DNA of 64,000 nt, taken from positions 7,901-71,900 of the forward strand of contig SVST01000015.1 of the NCBI GenBank assembly GCA_015064155.1, given 5' to 3'. The notes beneath the pieces were generated by a model. The model did not search any database, had not been told where the DNA came from, and was given only the letters and a program-made list of their open reading frames with translations. Source of the stretch: Oscillospiraceae bacterium. GTDB taxonomy: Bacteria; Bacillota; Clostridia; Oscillospirales; CAG-272. Positions within the stretch are counted from its first letter, which is position 1. Every line of letters starts with the position of its first letter. A program made the translations under genes and the position numbers. Of the stretch, positions 19,886 to 28,344 are shown piece by piece.

Positions 19886-21174
19886 TGAAAACTATTTTTA
19901 AAAATGCAACGCTTCTTCCGGAGTACGGACATGGAAACCGTTCCTTGTACGTCGTGACGGAGGATCGTAAAATTACGGAAATTACCGAGAAATGCCCGAA
20001 TCTTTCCGAGGCAGAGGTTGTAGAATGTAACGGGAATTTGTTGATCCCCGCGTTTTACAATACGCACTGTCATGCCGCTATGACGCTTTTTCGCGGCTAC
20101 GGTGAGGATCTGCCGCTTCAAAGATGGCTGGAGGAACGTATTTTTCCGGCGGAGGAAAAGCTGACACACCGCGCGGTGTACGTGGCAACCAAATGGGCGA
20201 TTGCCGAAATGTTGAAAAGCGGAATTGCTTCGTTCTCGGATATGTATATGTTTGAAAATGCCGTGGGAGAGGCGGTTTTGGAAACCGGAATCAAGGCAAA
20301 TCTTTCCCGCAGTATCGTTTCGTTCGACCCCGATATTGACATTCTCAAGGACAGCCGCTTCTCCGAGTCGTGCGAACTGATTCGTTCGTATCAAAATGCC
20401 GATGACGGGCGGATTCGCGTCGATCTTTCCTTGCATGCCGAATATACCAACGTGCCGCGCGCTTGCCGTGATCTTGCCCAATATGCGTGCGAAAATCGGT
20501 TGGGGATGCAGATTCATCTTTCGGAAACCGAAAAGGAACACCAAGAGTGTAAAGCGCGCCATGGGAAAACTCCCACGCAATTTTTTGCCGATCTCGGTGT
20601 GTTGGATACGCCCACAACGGCGGCACACTGTGTGTGGGTGGAGGACGGCGACATTGCCATTCTTGCGCAAAAGGGAGTCAGCGTGGCGCACAATCCCGTG
20701 AGCAATCTCAAGCTGGGAAGCGGTGTGATGCCGCTGAGAAAGCTTTTGGATGCAGGTGTGAACGTGACGCTCGGAACCGACGGGGTTGCCTCGAACAACC
20801 GCTTGGATATGCTTCGGGAGATGCAGACCGCCGCGATTTTGCACAAGGGCGTGATGCGTGATCCCGCCGTTACCGTGGCAAGGGAAATGCTTCCCCTGGC
20901 AACGCACAACGGTGCATTGGCACAGGGAAGAGGCGATTGCGGAAAAGTACAGATCGGATACCGAGCCGATCTGGTGTTGATCGACCGCAATTCCGTCCAT
21001 AATATGCCGTCGTATGACGATTATGCAATGCTTGCCTACAGCGCGGACCGTTCCGACGTTCTTTTGACAATGGTGGACGGACGCATACTTTACCGTGACG
21101 GTGCGTATACTTCTATCGATGAGGAGCGTCTCCGTTTTGAGGCACGCGAGGTGTTCGCTCACTATTTTGATTGA
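19885..21174 (+). CDS. mtaD: amidohydrolase, 5-methylthioadenosine/S-adenosylhomocysteine deaminase-like
   Basis: Contains the metal-binding motif NTHCHAAMT, plus HLSET and GTDGVASNN blocks. Confidence 0.75.
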   Translation: MKTIFKNATLLPEYGHGNRSLYVVTEDRKITEITEKCPNLSEAEVVECNGNLLIPAFYNTHCHAAMTLFRGYGEDLPLQRWLEERIFPAEEKLTHRAVYVATKWAIAEMLKSGIASFSDMYMFENAVGEAVLETGIKANLSRSIVSFDPDIDILKDSRFSESCELIRSYQNADDGRIRVDLSLHAEYTNVPRACRDLAQYACENRLGMQIHLSETEKEHQECKARHGKTPTQFFADLGVLDTPTTAAHCVWVEDGDIAILAQKGVSVAHNPVSNLKLGSGVMPLRKLLDAGVNVTLGTDGVASNNRLDMLREMQTAAILHKGVMRDPAVTVAREMLPLATHNGALAQGRGDCGKVQIGYRADLVLIDRNSVHNMPSYDDYAMLAYSADRSDVLLTMVDGRILYRDGAYTSIDEERLRFEAREVFAHYFD

Positions 21175-21190
21175 ATGGGCGGATAAAAGC

Positions 21191-22840
21191 ATGATGGCAG
21201 AAGCAGTACGGTCGAATCCAAAGAAAACGTTTTTGTCGGGCGTGTTGCTTTTGTCAATGTCCACGGTGCTTGTCAAGGTGCTTGGCTTGATCTACAAAAT
21301 ACCCATGCTCACCTACCTTGGGTCGGAGGGCATGGGCTATTTCAATTCTGCTTATGAAATATACGCACTGTTTTGCGTGATCGCATCTGCAGGGCTTCCC
21401 GTGGCTTTGTCGGTGCTGATTTCAAGCTCGGTTGCACGCGGAGAAGAGGAGAGAGTGCCTGCAATTTACCGAGCTTCCATGACGATCTTTGTATGGATCG
21501 GCATTCTCGGAACGGCAATCATGCTTTTCCTGGCAGGCTTTTTTTGCCGATTGATTAAGAGCGAACACGCGTATTACTGTATTTTGTCTATTGCTCCCAC
21601 CGTGTTTTTCGTGTGTATTTCTTCGGGAGTGCGCGGATATTTTCAAGGATACCAAAAGATGCTCCCAACGGCTGTTTCACAGCTGTTGGAGTCGGTGGGG
21701 AAGCTGGTGTTCGGTCTTTTGCTGGCACGCTTTGCTTTGCACAGAGGCTACACAACGTCGGTGGTTGCGGCATTCGCAGGTCTTGGATTGACGTTGGGAA
21801 GCGCGTTTTCCATGCTTTATCTGCTGTTGGAAAAGCGACGCTTTTCACAACGGAATCCATGGCATTCTGCAAGAAAAAATACGGAAAATACCGAGAAATC
21901 AAGTAAAATCTGGAAACGGTTGGCTCGGTTGGCAATTCCCATGACACTGGGAGCTTCTTTGGTCAGCATGACCAAGCTGATCGATATGACGATGATTTTA
22001 CGACGCTTGCAGAGCATCGGATATACCGAGATTGCGGCAAATGAGGCATACGGTAGCTATACTACGCTTGCTTTGTCGGTATATGGGTTGTTGCCGGCAC
22101 TTATCAATGCCGTTGCTTTGCCGCTGGTTCCGATGCTTTCTTCGTCCATTGCGTCGGGAGATCGGCATCGACAAGCGGAAATGATTCGTATGTCGTACCG
22201 CATTACGGCAACGCTGGCAATTCCCACAGCCCTTGGCATATCGGCGTTTGCGCGACCGATCCTTTCGATTCTGTTTGGAAGTGATCCGCAGGCGGTTTCA
22301 TTCGCTGCACCGCTTCTTTCTTACCTCGGGGTGTCGGTATTTCTCTCTTGCATGATTACCGCAACCAATTCGGTTCTGCATGCCTATCAGGAGGTGCATC
22401 GACCGATTCGTTCGATGCTGTTCGGTGCGGCGGTCAAGGTTGCAGGCGCGTATCTGTTGATCGGTATTCCGCAAATCGGGTTGGTCGGCGCGCCGATCAG
22501 CACCTTTTTTTGCAACGCGATCGTAGTTTTGTTAAATCTTGGGTTTGTATCGGCACTCTGCCCGATCGGGAAGCTGAAAGCCCTTTTTCTGAAGCCCCTT
22601 TTGGCGGCAGCCCTTTCCGTGGGGCTGTCCATGTGGGTCTATTGGCTTGTAGAACGGCACGCATGGGCAGGGGGAGCAATTGCGCTTGCTTTTTTGGTGG
22701 CGGTCAGTGCATACCTTTTGTTGGCTTGCTTTTTGGGAGTGATTTGCCGGGAGGACGTGCGACTGTTGCCGATGGGAGATCGGCTTTGCCATGCATTGCA
22801 GCGCACCGGTATTTTGCGCAAAACGGAAGATAAAAAATAA
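21191..22840 (+). CDS. MOP-superfamily flippase (YabM/SpoVB/MurJ-like)
   Basis: A polytopic membrane protein of about 550 aa. It sits directly upstream of mazG, as in the Bacillus subtilis order yabM-yabN(mazG)-yabO-yabP-yabQ-divIC. Confidence 0.65.
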   Translation: MMAEAVRSNPKKTFLSGVLLLSMSTVLVKVLGLIYKIPMLTYLGSEGMGYFNSAYEIYALFCVIASAGLPVALSVLISSSVARGEEERVPAIYRASMTIFVWIGILGTAIMLFLAGFFCRLIKSEHAYYCILSIAPTVFFVCISSGVRGYFQGYQKMLPTAVSQLLESVGKLVFGLLLARFALHRGYTTSVVAAFAGLGLTLGSAFSMLYLLLEKRRFSQRNPWHSARKNTENTEKSSKIWKRLARLAIPMTLGASLVSMTKLIDMTMILRRLQSIGYTEIAANEAYGSYTTLALSVYGLLPALINAVALPLVPMLSSSIASGDRHRQAEMIRMSYRITATLAIPTALGISAFARPILSILFGSDPQAVSFAAPLLSYLGVSVFLSCMITATNSVLHAYQEVHRPIRSMLFGAAVKVAGAYLLIGIPQIGLVGAPISTFFCNAIVVLLNLGFVSALCPIGKLKALFLKPLLAAALSVGLSMWVYWLVERHAWAGGAIALAFLVAVSAYLLLACFLGVICREDVRLLPMGDRLCHALQRTGILRKTEDKK

Positions 22841-22869
22841 ATCTTGGAAACAAGAAAGGATATATTCAC

Positions 22870-23577
22870 ATGACGATTCAACAGGAAATTTTAGAATTGA
22901 AGCAAAAAGAACGCTATGACTTTAAGGACCTGCAGGCAATCACACGGATTTTGAGATCCGAGGAGGGCTGCCCGTGGGACCGCGAGCAGGATCACCACAG
23001 CATTCGCGCTTCCATGATCGAGGAAACCTATGAGGTCGTAGAGGCAATTGATACCGAGAACCCGGTGCTGTTGCGGGAGGAGCTTGGCGATGCCATGTTT
23101 CAGGTGATGTTTCATGCACAGATTGAGGATGAATGCGGTCGCTTTGACGTGGGTGACGTGGTGGACGATATTTGTAAGAAAATGATCCACCGCCACCCGC
23201 ACGTTTTCGGAACGGTGCAGGCGGATACCAGCGATGCGGTTTTGCAAAATTGGGAAATGATCAAAACCGAGGAGAAGCAGAGGAACACGCTGTCGGACAA
23301 GCTTCACGCAATTCCTCCGATGTTGCCGGCTTTGATGCGAGCCTCCAAGGTTTCCAAAAAGGCAGGTCGCACGGAGGATCAAACGGCACAGTCCCTGATT
23401 GATTCCTTGATCGCAGGTCTTACATCTCTTGGGGCTTCGTCCCAAGAAAATGCACAAGCGCAAATCGGAACGCTGCTGTTTGAGATGGTTGATCTTTCCC
23501 GTGTTCTTGACGTCGATGCCGAGCTTGCTCTTTCTGCCAAAACCGATGCTTTTATAGACGAAATAGCAAATAGATAG
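22870..23577 (+). CDS. mazG: MazG-family nucleoside triphosphate pyrophosphohydrolase
   Basis: Contains the EEGCPWDREQ and EETYEVVEAI motifs. Confidence 0.85.
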   Translation: MTIQQEILELKQKERYDFKDLQAITRILRSEEGCPWDREQDHHSIRASMIEETYEVVEAIDTENPVLLREELGDAMFQVMFHAQIEDECGRFDVGDVVDDICKKMIHRHPHVFGTVQADTSDAVLQNWEMIKTEEKQRNTLSDKLHAIPPMLPALMRASKVSKKAGRTEDQTAQSLIDSLIAGLTSLGASSQENAQAQIGTLLFEMVDLSRVLDVDAELALSAKTDAFIDEIANR

Positions 23578-23620
23578 GTCGATTTTTTCAATTTTTTTTG
23601 AAAAAATCATGCAAAACCTA

Positions 23621-23649
23621 TTGCCAAGTTGGCAAAAATATGGTACAAT
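23621..23649 (+). promoter_or_regulatory. sigma-A type promoter for hup
   Basis: TTGCCA (23621-23626), a 17-nt spacer ending in TGg, then TACAAT (23644-23649). Confidence 0.6.
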
Positions 23650-23691
23650 GAACTTGGATCCCCAATATTTTAAGAATGGAGAGAAAAAGAC

Positions 23692-23967
23692 ATGACGAAA
23701 ACACAGTTGATTGACAAAATCGCAAAGGAATCCGGTTTGACCAAAAAGCAGGCAGCAAAGGCATTCGATGCTTGCATGAACACCGTAGTCGGTGCGTTGA
23801 CCGAGGGGGAGAACGTGCAGATTTCCGGCTTCGGCTCTTTCCTCGTAAAGGACGTTCCCGCGCACGTGGGTAGAAACCCCCGTACCAACGAGTCGGTCGA
23901 AATTGCCGCCTCGCGCCGCATTTCTTTCGTTCCCAGCAAATCCTTGAAAGAAAAAATTAAGGGATGA
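23692..23967 (+). CDS. hup: HU-family DNA-binding protein
   Basis: Length is 91 aa. Contains MTKTQLIDKIA, GFGSF and the GRNPRT arm motif. Confidence 0.95.
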   Translation: MTKTQLIDKIAKESGLTKKQAAKAFDACMNTVVGALTEGENVQISGFGSFLVKDVPAHVGRNPRTNESVEIAASRRISFVPSKSLKEKIKG

Positions 23968-24206
23968 GAATCGATAAATTTCTAAAGGTTTCTCGTATCA
24001 TCAAACGCCGTACCGTTGCCAACGACGCGTGTGATGCCGAGCACGTTTCGGTAAACGGAAAGCGTGTAAAGGCATCTTATGACGTCAAGGAAGGGGACGT
24101 TATCGAGATTACGTTCGGGCAGCGTACGTTAAAGGTTCGTGTCTTAAACGTCAAGGAATACACGCCGAAAGCAGAGGCATCAAGCCTTTATGAGGTTCTC
24201 GAATAA
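23964..24206 (+). CDS. S4-domain RNA-binding protein (YabO-like)
   Basis: Contains the S4 motif MRIDKFLKVSRIIKRRT. Its position matches Bacillus subtilis yabO. Confidence 0.8.
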   Translation: MRIDKFLKVSRIIKRRTVANDACDAEHVSVNGKRVKASYDVKEGDVIEITFGQRTLKVRVLNVKEYTPKAEASSLYEVLE

Positions 24207-24219
24207 GCACATACCGATC

Positions 24220-24248
24220 GCATAATTTTGCCGCCTCTTGCATAAATT
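24220..24248 (+). promoter_or_regulatory. candidate mother-cell (sigma-E-like) promoter for yabP-yabQ-divIC
   Basis: GCATAAT (24220-24226), a 14-nt spacer, then CATAAATT (24241-24248). For comparison, the sigma-E consensus I recall from Bacillus is kmATATT-14-CATACAmT. Confidence 0.3.
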
Positions 24249-24277
24249 GTAGCAAACGGATTTGGAGGTTTGATACG

Positions 24278-24571
24278 ATGAATGCAGAGGCGGCACAAAA
24301 TCATCGGGAGCATTTTTTCTCGTTGTTGAAAAGGGAACGCTTGGAGGTGCGCGGTGTAACCGACGTTTTGAGCTTCGACGAGCAAACAGTGGTTTTGAAT
24401 ACGCTGTGCGGCGGAATGGAGATTGCGGGTGATTCGATCCATATTCACGTTCTGAATATGGAACAGGGTGTGGTTTCTATGGACGGAAGAATCGACTACG
24501 TTTTGTACTTTGACGTCGGGAACGGCGAAAAGAGCGAGAAAAGCGGCTTTTTTAAGCGGCTGTTCCGCTGA
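24278..24571 (+). CDS. yabP: sporulation protein YabP
   Basis: Length is 97 aa. The pattern (SFDEQTVVLNT..GGMEIAGDSIHIHVLNMEQG) resembles YabP, and the synteny fits. Confidence 0.75.
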   Translation: MNAEAAQNHREHFFSLLKRERLEVRGVTDVLSFDEQTVVLNTLCGGMEIAGDSIHIHVLNMEQGVVSMDGRIDYVLYFDVGNGEKSEKSGFFKRLFR

Positions 24572-24580
24572 TTTTGAAGC

Positions 24581-25303
24581 ATGGCAATTTCACAGGGGTC
24601 ATTGGCTTGGCTCTATGCCTGCGCGTGCTTGTTGGGGCTTGCGTTGGGAGCCGTTTACGATCTTCTCAGAATCACGCGTGTGTTTTTGGGAGTCCGCTAC
24701 AGTCGGCGCGCTTCAAGACGGTTGCGTGCCATCCGATTGCCACTTCTTGCTCCGCGCACCAAAAGGCGCGAGAGCCGCGCACTCGGTGTGGTGGTTTTCT
24801 TTGAGGATTTATTCTATTGCCTCTTTGCGGGCATTGCGATGATCCTTCTTTTTTACGAGTGTAATAACGGAAAAATTCGATATCCCGTTTTTTTCCTCGT
24901 TGCAGTGGGCTTCTTGGTGTACCGTTATACGCTTGGCAGAATCGTGATGCTGTTTTCGGAGGCGATTACATTCGTTCTCGAAACCGCATTCCGGTATTTT
25001 TTCTTTTTTATCTTTTATCCGTTCCGATTTTTATACAAACAAATCAAGCGGGCGGTTGCCAAATGCAAAGATCGTGCAATGCGTGCGCGAAAGCGTCGTA
25101 GCCGCAGCCGCTATACCGAACGGGAGCTTGCCCGTACGCAGAAAAACGCGTGTGGGTTGATTCCCGAGGACGTTCCGAAAGCAAGAGCACTAAAAGGAGG
25201 AAAAAAGCTTGTCAAACAACAAAAAACAGTTCAGCCTGAGTCTGCTCGTGCGAATCCTGCTTGCCACGCTCGTGCTGGTATCGATCGGGGTGTTCGCAAA
25301 TAG
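24581..25303 (+). CDS. yabQ: spore cortex biosynthesis protein YabQ-like membrane protein
   Basis: The first TM helix ends in GAVYDLLRI, which resembles YabQ. Several further TM helices follow, and the synteny fits. The Arg/Lys-rich C-terminal tail is unusually long. Confidence 0.6.
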   Translation: MAISQGSLAWLYACACLLGLALGAVYDLLRITRVFLGVRYSRRASRRLRAIRLPLLAPRTKRRESRALGVVVFFEDLFYCLFAGIAMILLFYECNNGKIRYPVFFLVAVGFLVYRYTLGRIVMLFSEAITFVLETAFRYFFFFIFYPFRFLYKQIKRAVAKCKDRAMRARKRRSRSRYTERELARTQKNACGLIPEDVPKARALKGGKKLVKQQKTVQPESARANPACHARAGIDRGVRK

Positions 25304-25502
25304 CATCATGCGCTATAACGAGCTGTTGGAGGAACAACAGGAATTGGAAAAAAAGCTTTCCTCCTATCAGGAAATGAAGGAGGAGCTGGCGGAGCTTCTT
25401 GACTCCGAGCAGGACCCCGAATACATCATTAAAATCGCAAAAGAGCAGTTGGGGCTGTATTTCCCCGATGAAGAGATATATTACAACGATAGAAACGAGT
25501 GA
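25209..25502 (+). CDS. divIC: septum formation initiator (DivIC/FtsB family)
   Basis: A TTG start lies 8 nt after AGGAGG (25195-25200). One TM helix is followed by a coiled coil ([26 protein letters not shown]) and [11 protein letters not shown]. Confidence 0.8.
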   Translation: MSNNKKQFSLSLLVRILLATLVLVSIGVFANSIMRYNELLEEQQELEKKLSSYQEMKEELAELLDSEQDPEYIIKIAKEQLGLYFPDEEIYYNDRNE

Positions 25503-25512
25503 AGCATCAAAA

Positions 25513-25992
25513 ATGGGCGAGAAAAATAAGGACGCAAGGCGTATCGTGGCGCAAAACAAAAAGGCATATCACGATTATTTCGTGGAGGAAAAGTACGAGG
25601 CGGGCATTGCACTGTTTGGTACCGAGGTAAAGAGTATCCGTGCGGGAACCGTGAATTTAAAGGATTCCTACTGCTCCTTTGAAAAAGGGGAGATGTTTGT
25701 GATCGGCATGCACGTCAGTCCCTACGAGCAGGGAAATATCTTCAATCGTGAGCCGCTTCGCGACCGAAAGCTGCTGATGCATCGTAGGGAGATCATGAAG
25801 CTGCAGGGGTTGGTTCAGCAAAAGGGGTATACCTTGGTTCCTCTGTCACTCTATTTTTTAGGCAGCCACGTTAAGGTTGAGGTTGGATTATGCCGCGGTA
25901 AAAAGCTGTATGATAAACGAGATGCAGATGCCGCGCGTCAGGCAAGCCGAGATATCGACCGTCACATGAAAGACCGTTCCTATGAAGGATAA
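25513..25992 (+). CDS. smpB: SsrA-binding protein
   Basis: Contains the [31 protein letters not shown] signature. I set the start at MGEKNK (ATG 25513). Confidence 0.9.
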   Translation: MGEKNKDARRIVAQNKKAYHDYFVEEKYEAGIALFGTEVKSIRAGTVNLKDSYCSFEKGEMFVIGMHVSPYEQGNIFNREPLRDRKLLMHRREIMKLQGLVQQKGYTLVPLSLYFLGSHVKVEVGLCRGKKLYDKRDADAARQASRDIDRHMKDRSYEG

Positions 25993-26000
25993 TCAGAACG

Positions 26001-26037
26001 AATACCGACCGTGTCAACACACAGTCGGTATTTTTTT
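26001..26037. terminator. shared terminator between convergent smpB and the DUF362 gene
   Basis: The stem ATACCGAC (26002-26009) pairs with GTCGGTAT (26024-26031). A T7 run follows. Confidence 0.75.
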
Positions 26038-26044
26038 CTGTAGA

Positions 26045-27199
26045 TTAAGGCTTCTCTTTTTTTCGGTTGATGATCTTTGCGACCAAGGGGCGGTGAACCT
26101 TCATCGCACCGACGGGGCAAAATTCCTGACAGCAAAAGCAGGTGATACATTTTTTTCGGTCGATCACGGGGATCCCGTTTTTCATGGTAATCACCTTGGC
26201 AGGGCAGATTTTTGCGCATTCCTTGCAGCCGATACATTTTTTACGGTCGGGCTTGGGTCTGGATTGCAGGGAGGTTCTGACAAACATGGCGGCAAATTTT
26301 CCGCGACCTTCGAACTTCATGCTTTTGTGTACGGGAATATTTTCATAATCCGCAATGCAAAAGGCAGAAAGATCTCCGATGATTTCCAAGTCGTTCACCG
26401 AAGACGGAATCATGCCGCTTTGCATGGCAACCTGCAGAGTCGGAACGGTTTCGGGATCAATGCCTATGACGTGCGCACAGGTCAGATCCAGCGCATGCGC
26501 GGACTTGGCGGCAAGGAGCGCACCGATTTTTCGCGGTGTTCCTTGGGTGGGTCCGTTCCCCTCCATGCCAACTACGGCATCAACCAGGCACAGCTTGGTT
26601 TTGTCGGCAAAATAGGAGTTGAGATCGACCAGCATTTTTGCAAAATCCAGATGATCGGGAAAGCGAAAATGGTATTCGGGCTTGAAGGTTCCGGGAACCA
26701 CACCGAACATATTTTTGGCAGCCGCGCTCATTCCCATCATTCCGTGGGTTTTGAGCTTACAGAAATCGATAATGGCATCGGCTTCATCCAAATATGCCGT
26801 GTAGGTAAAGCTTTTTGCAACGAGCGCATTTTCGAAGCGTGCGTCCTTGGTGGCGTAGTTTTGGTTCAGCTTTGCGCCCGCCGCCTCTACCGCCTTCATT
26901 CCCGTTGCAGAATAGACGCGATTCAAAAAAGCAGCGTTATAGAGCCCTCCCGGACTGTCGCCTACAATCGGCTTGGCACCTCTTTCGCAAAGCATTTCCA
27001 CCAAAGCGCAAAGCAGGGCAGGGTGAGTCGTTGCCGCACGTTCGGGCTTCATCATGGATACGAGGTTCGCTTTGATGGCAACCGTCATTCCCGGAGTGAC
27101 CCAGTCCAATCCTCCAAGCGGTGCCAATACCGCTTCCAGGGCAGGACGAACGGTTTTGGGATCATAATCCGAGCAAGGGACAATTGAAATTCTGTGCAT
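26045..27199 (-). CDS. DUF362-like protein with a C-terminal 2x[4Fe-4S] ferredoxin domain
   Basis: The C-terminus has CIGCKECAKICP and CITCFCCQEFCP motifs. The N-terminal region resembles DUF362 as far as I recall it. The RBS is GGAAAGGAG. Confidence 0.6.
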   Translation of the reverse strand: MHRISIVPCSDYDPKTVRPALEAVLAPLGGLDWVTPGMTVAIKANLVSMMKPERAATTHPALLCALVEMLCERGAKPIVGDSPGGLYNAAFLNRVYSATGMKAVEAAGAKLNQNYATKDARFENALVAKSFTYTAYLDEADAIIDFCKLKTHGMMGMSAAAKNMFGVVPGTFKPEYHFRFPDHLDFAKMLVDLNSYFADKTKLCLVDAVVGMEGNGPTQGTPRKIGALLAAKSAHALDLTCAHVIGIDPETVPTLQVAMQSGMIPSSVNDLEIIGDLSAFCIADYENIPVHKSMKFEGRGKFAAMFVRTSLQSRPKPDRKKCIGCKECAKICPAKVITMKNGIPVIDRKKCITCFCCQEFCPVGAMKVHRPLVAKIINRKKEKP

Positions 27200-27231
27200 G
27201 ATTCGGCTCCTTTCCGCATTTGTTCTTTTTT

Positions 27232-27260
27232 ATTATACCTCTTTTTTGGGAAAAAGACAA
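27232..27260 (-). promoter_or_regulatory. sigma-A type promoter for the DUF362 gene
   Basis: On the minus strand: TTGTCT (27255-27260), a 17-nt spacer, then TATAAT (27232-27237). Confidence 0.5.
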
Positions 27261-27283
27261 GACCTTTCTCCAAAAAAACAATT

Positions 27284-28216
27284 TTACAGCATGGTGGGAA
27301 AGAGGAAGAGTGCCTCACGCAGACGGCAATAAATGGCGGAGGCATCGGTGTGGGGCAATGGATTTTTTCCGCGACCGCATTCAAGCGTGAAGGACGCGAT
27401 CCCCTCCTTTTGAACGCACCAATCGGTCAGCCCTCCGTATGACGCGCTTCCCGTTGTGCGAGAAAGCTTGTAGCCTGCGACTCTCGAAAGGCAGCGTGCA
27501 ATGCGTTTGGTACGAGCTGTCGGTGTGAGTCCTCCCTCGTAAAAAATTTCCTCCCCTTGGGTGTGAAGCGAAAGAATCCCGTCAAGCGGTCGTGTCATGC
27601 GGATAAAATTGCAAAGCGCGGCGGTTTCGGGCTCGGATTCGGGAGCTTCGCCGCTGTATTTGGTGGGAGAGGCGCAATCGGTTCCGTTTTCCCGTTCCAT
27701 GCGCTTGTATTCCCAAAAGCCGGCATCGTAGTTATGGTTTAGGTCTACACCGCGCCCGTTTGCCTGCCAATGTGAGAAATCCTCACTGCCGCCGTTCATT
27801 TGCAGAACACGATCGCGTATGGGGTTGTTTTGCTCCACTCCATGCATTTGATAGGCAACGCCGTCCGGATTCAGCATGGGAACGATGTATAAGGTGTGCG
27901 TTTCCAAAAGTCTTTCCGGAGATAAGTTGCCGATTTTGGCATGATCCCTGACGCTTTGGCAAAGGTCGTACACAAAGCGTATCAGCAAAATCGAGGTGAT
28001 CCATTCCATGGCATGGTGGGTGGCAACGTATAGGCATTTGTGCCGACCGTTGCCGATCGTGAGCAGGGGAATCGATTGCCCGAGCAGGCTTTGCCCGAGA
28101 ATGCCGTGGTGCAAAAAGGAGAAGCTGTCGGTGAGCGCGTCGATTCGTTCGGTGAGTGCCTCTTTGTCAAGCAAGGAGGGGGCGGTACACAGCTTTTTTA
28201 AATCAGGATGCTGCAT
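27284..28216 (-). CDS. M14-family zinc carboxypeptidase (gamma-D-glutamyl-diamino-acid peptidase-like)
   Basis: Contains the HHAMEW zinc-binding HxxE motif and a later LHTQGE block. The size is about 310 aa and there is no signal peptide. Confidence 0.65.
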   Translation of the reverse strand: MQHPDLKKLCTAPSLLDKEALTERIDALTDSFSFLHHGILGQSLLGQSIPLLTIGNGRHKCLYVATHHAMEWITSILLIRFVYDLCQSVRDHAKIGNLSPERLLETHTLYIVPMLNPDGVAYQMHGVEQNNPIRDRVLQMNGGSEDFSHWQANGRGVDLNHNYDAGFWEYKRMERENGTDCASPTKYSGEAPESEPETAALCNFIRMTRPLDGILSLHTQGEEIFYEGGLTPTARTKRIARCLSRVAGYKLSRTTGSASYGGLTDWCVQKEGIASFTLECGRGKNPLPHTDASAIYCRLREALFLFPTML

Positions 28217-28285
28217 GAAAAGCTCCTTTCAAAAAAGATTTGTTAACAGCCTATGCGCTATTTGAAAAATATTTACAATTAACCG

Positions 28286-28314
28286 ATGAAATACAGAATG
28301 ATTTGTGCTATAAT
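28286..28314 (+). promoter_or_regulatory. extended -10 promoter for the downstream membrane protein gene
   Basis: TGcTATAAT lies at 28306-28314, with a weak -35 (ATGAAA) 17 nt upstream. This places the ORF-track ATG 28240 upstream of the transcript start. Confidence 0.4.
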
Positions 28315-28344
28315 GAAAAAAAACGAGAGAAAGGTGTTTGTTTC

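Noticed and set aside
19882-21276. A 464-aa minus-strand ORF opposite mtaD. The same class includes 7917..9329 opposite pncB, 58470..59744 opposite polC, 52910..53965 opposite dxr, 46287..47234 opposite clpC, 14615..15592 opposite relA, 22891..23865 opposite mazG/hup, 5536..6462 and 11081..12010.
   Set aside because: These are the same kind of in-phase shadow ORF. The partner-strand genes have strong family signatures, and the shadows have none.
25993-26044. An expected tmRNA (ssrA) gene downstream of smpB
   Set aside because: Only 52 nt separate smpB from the convergent DUF362 gene, and a terminator hairpin fills that space. I saw no tRNA-like acceptor/T-arm sequence anywhere in the window.
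25982-27187. A 401-aa plus-strand ORF opposite the DUF362/ferredoxin gene
   Set aside because: The minus-strand product has two canonical CxxCxxCxxxCP clusters, an RBS and a promoter. The plus-strand ORF is an in-phase shadow.
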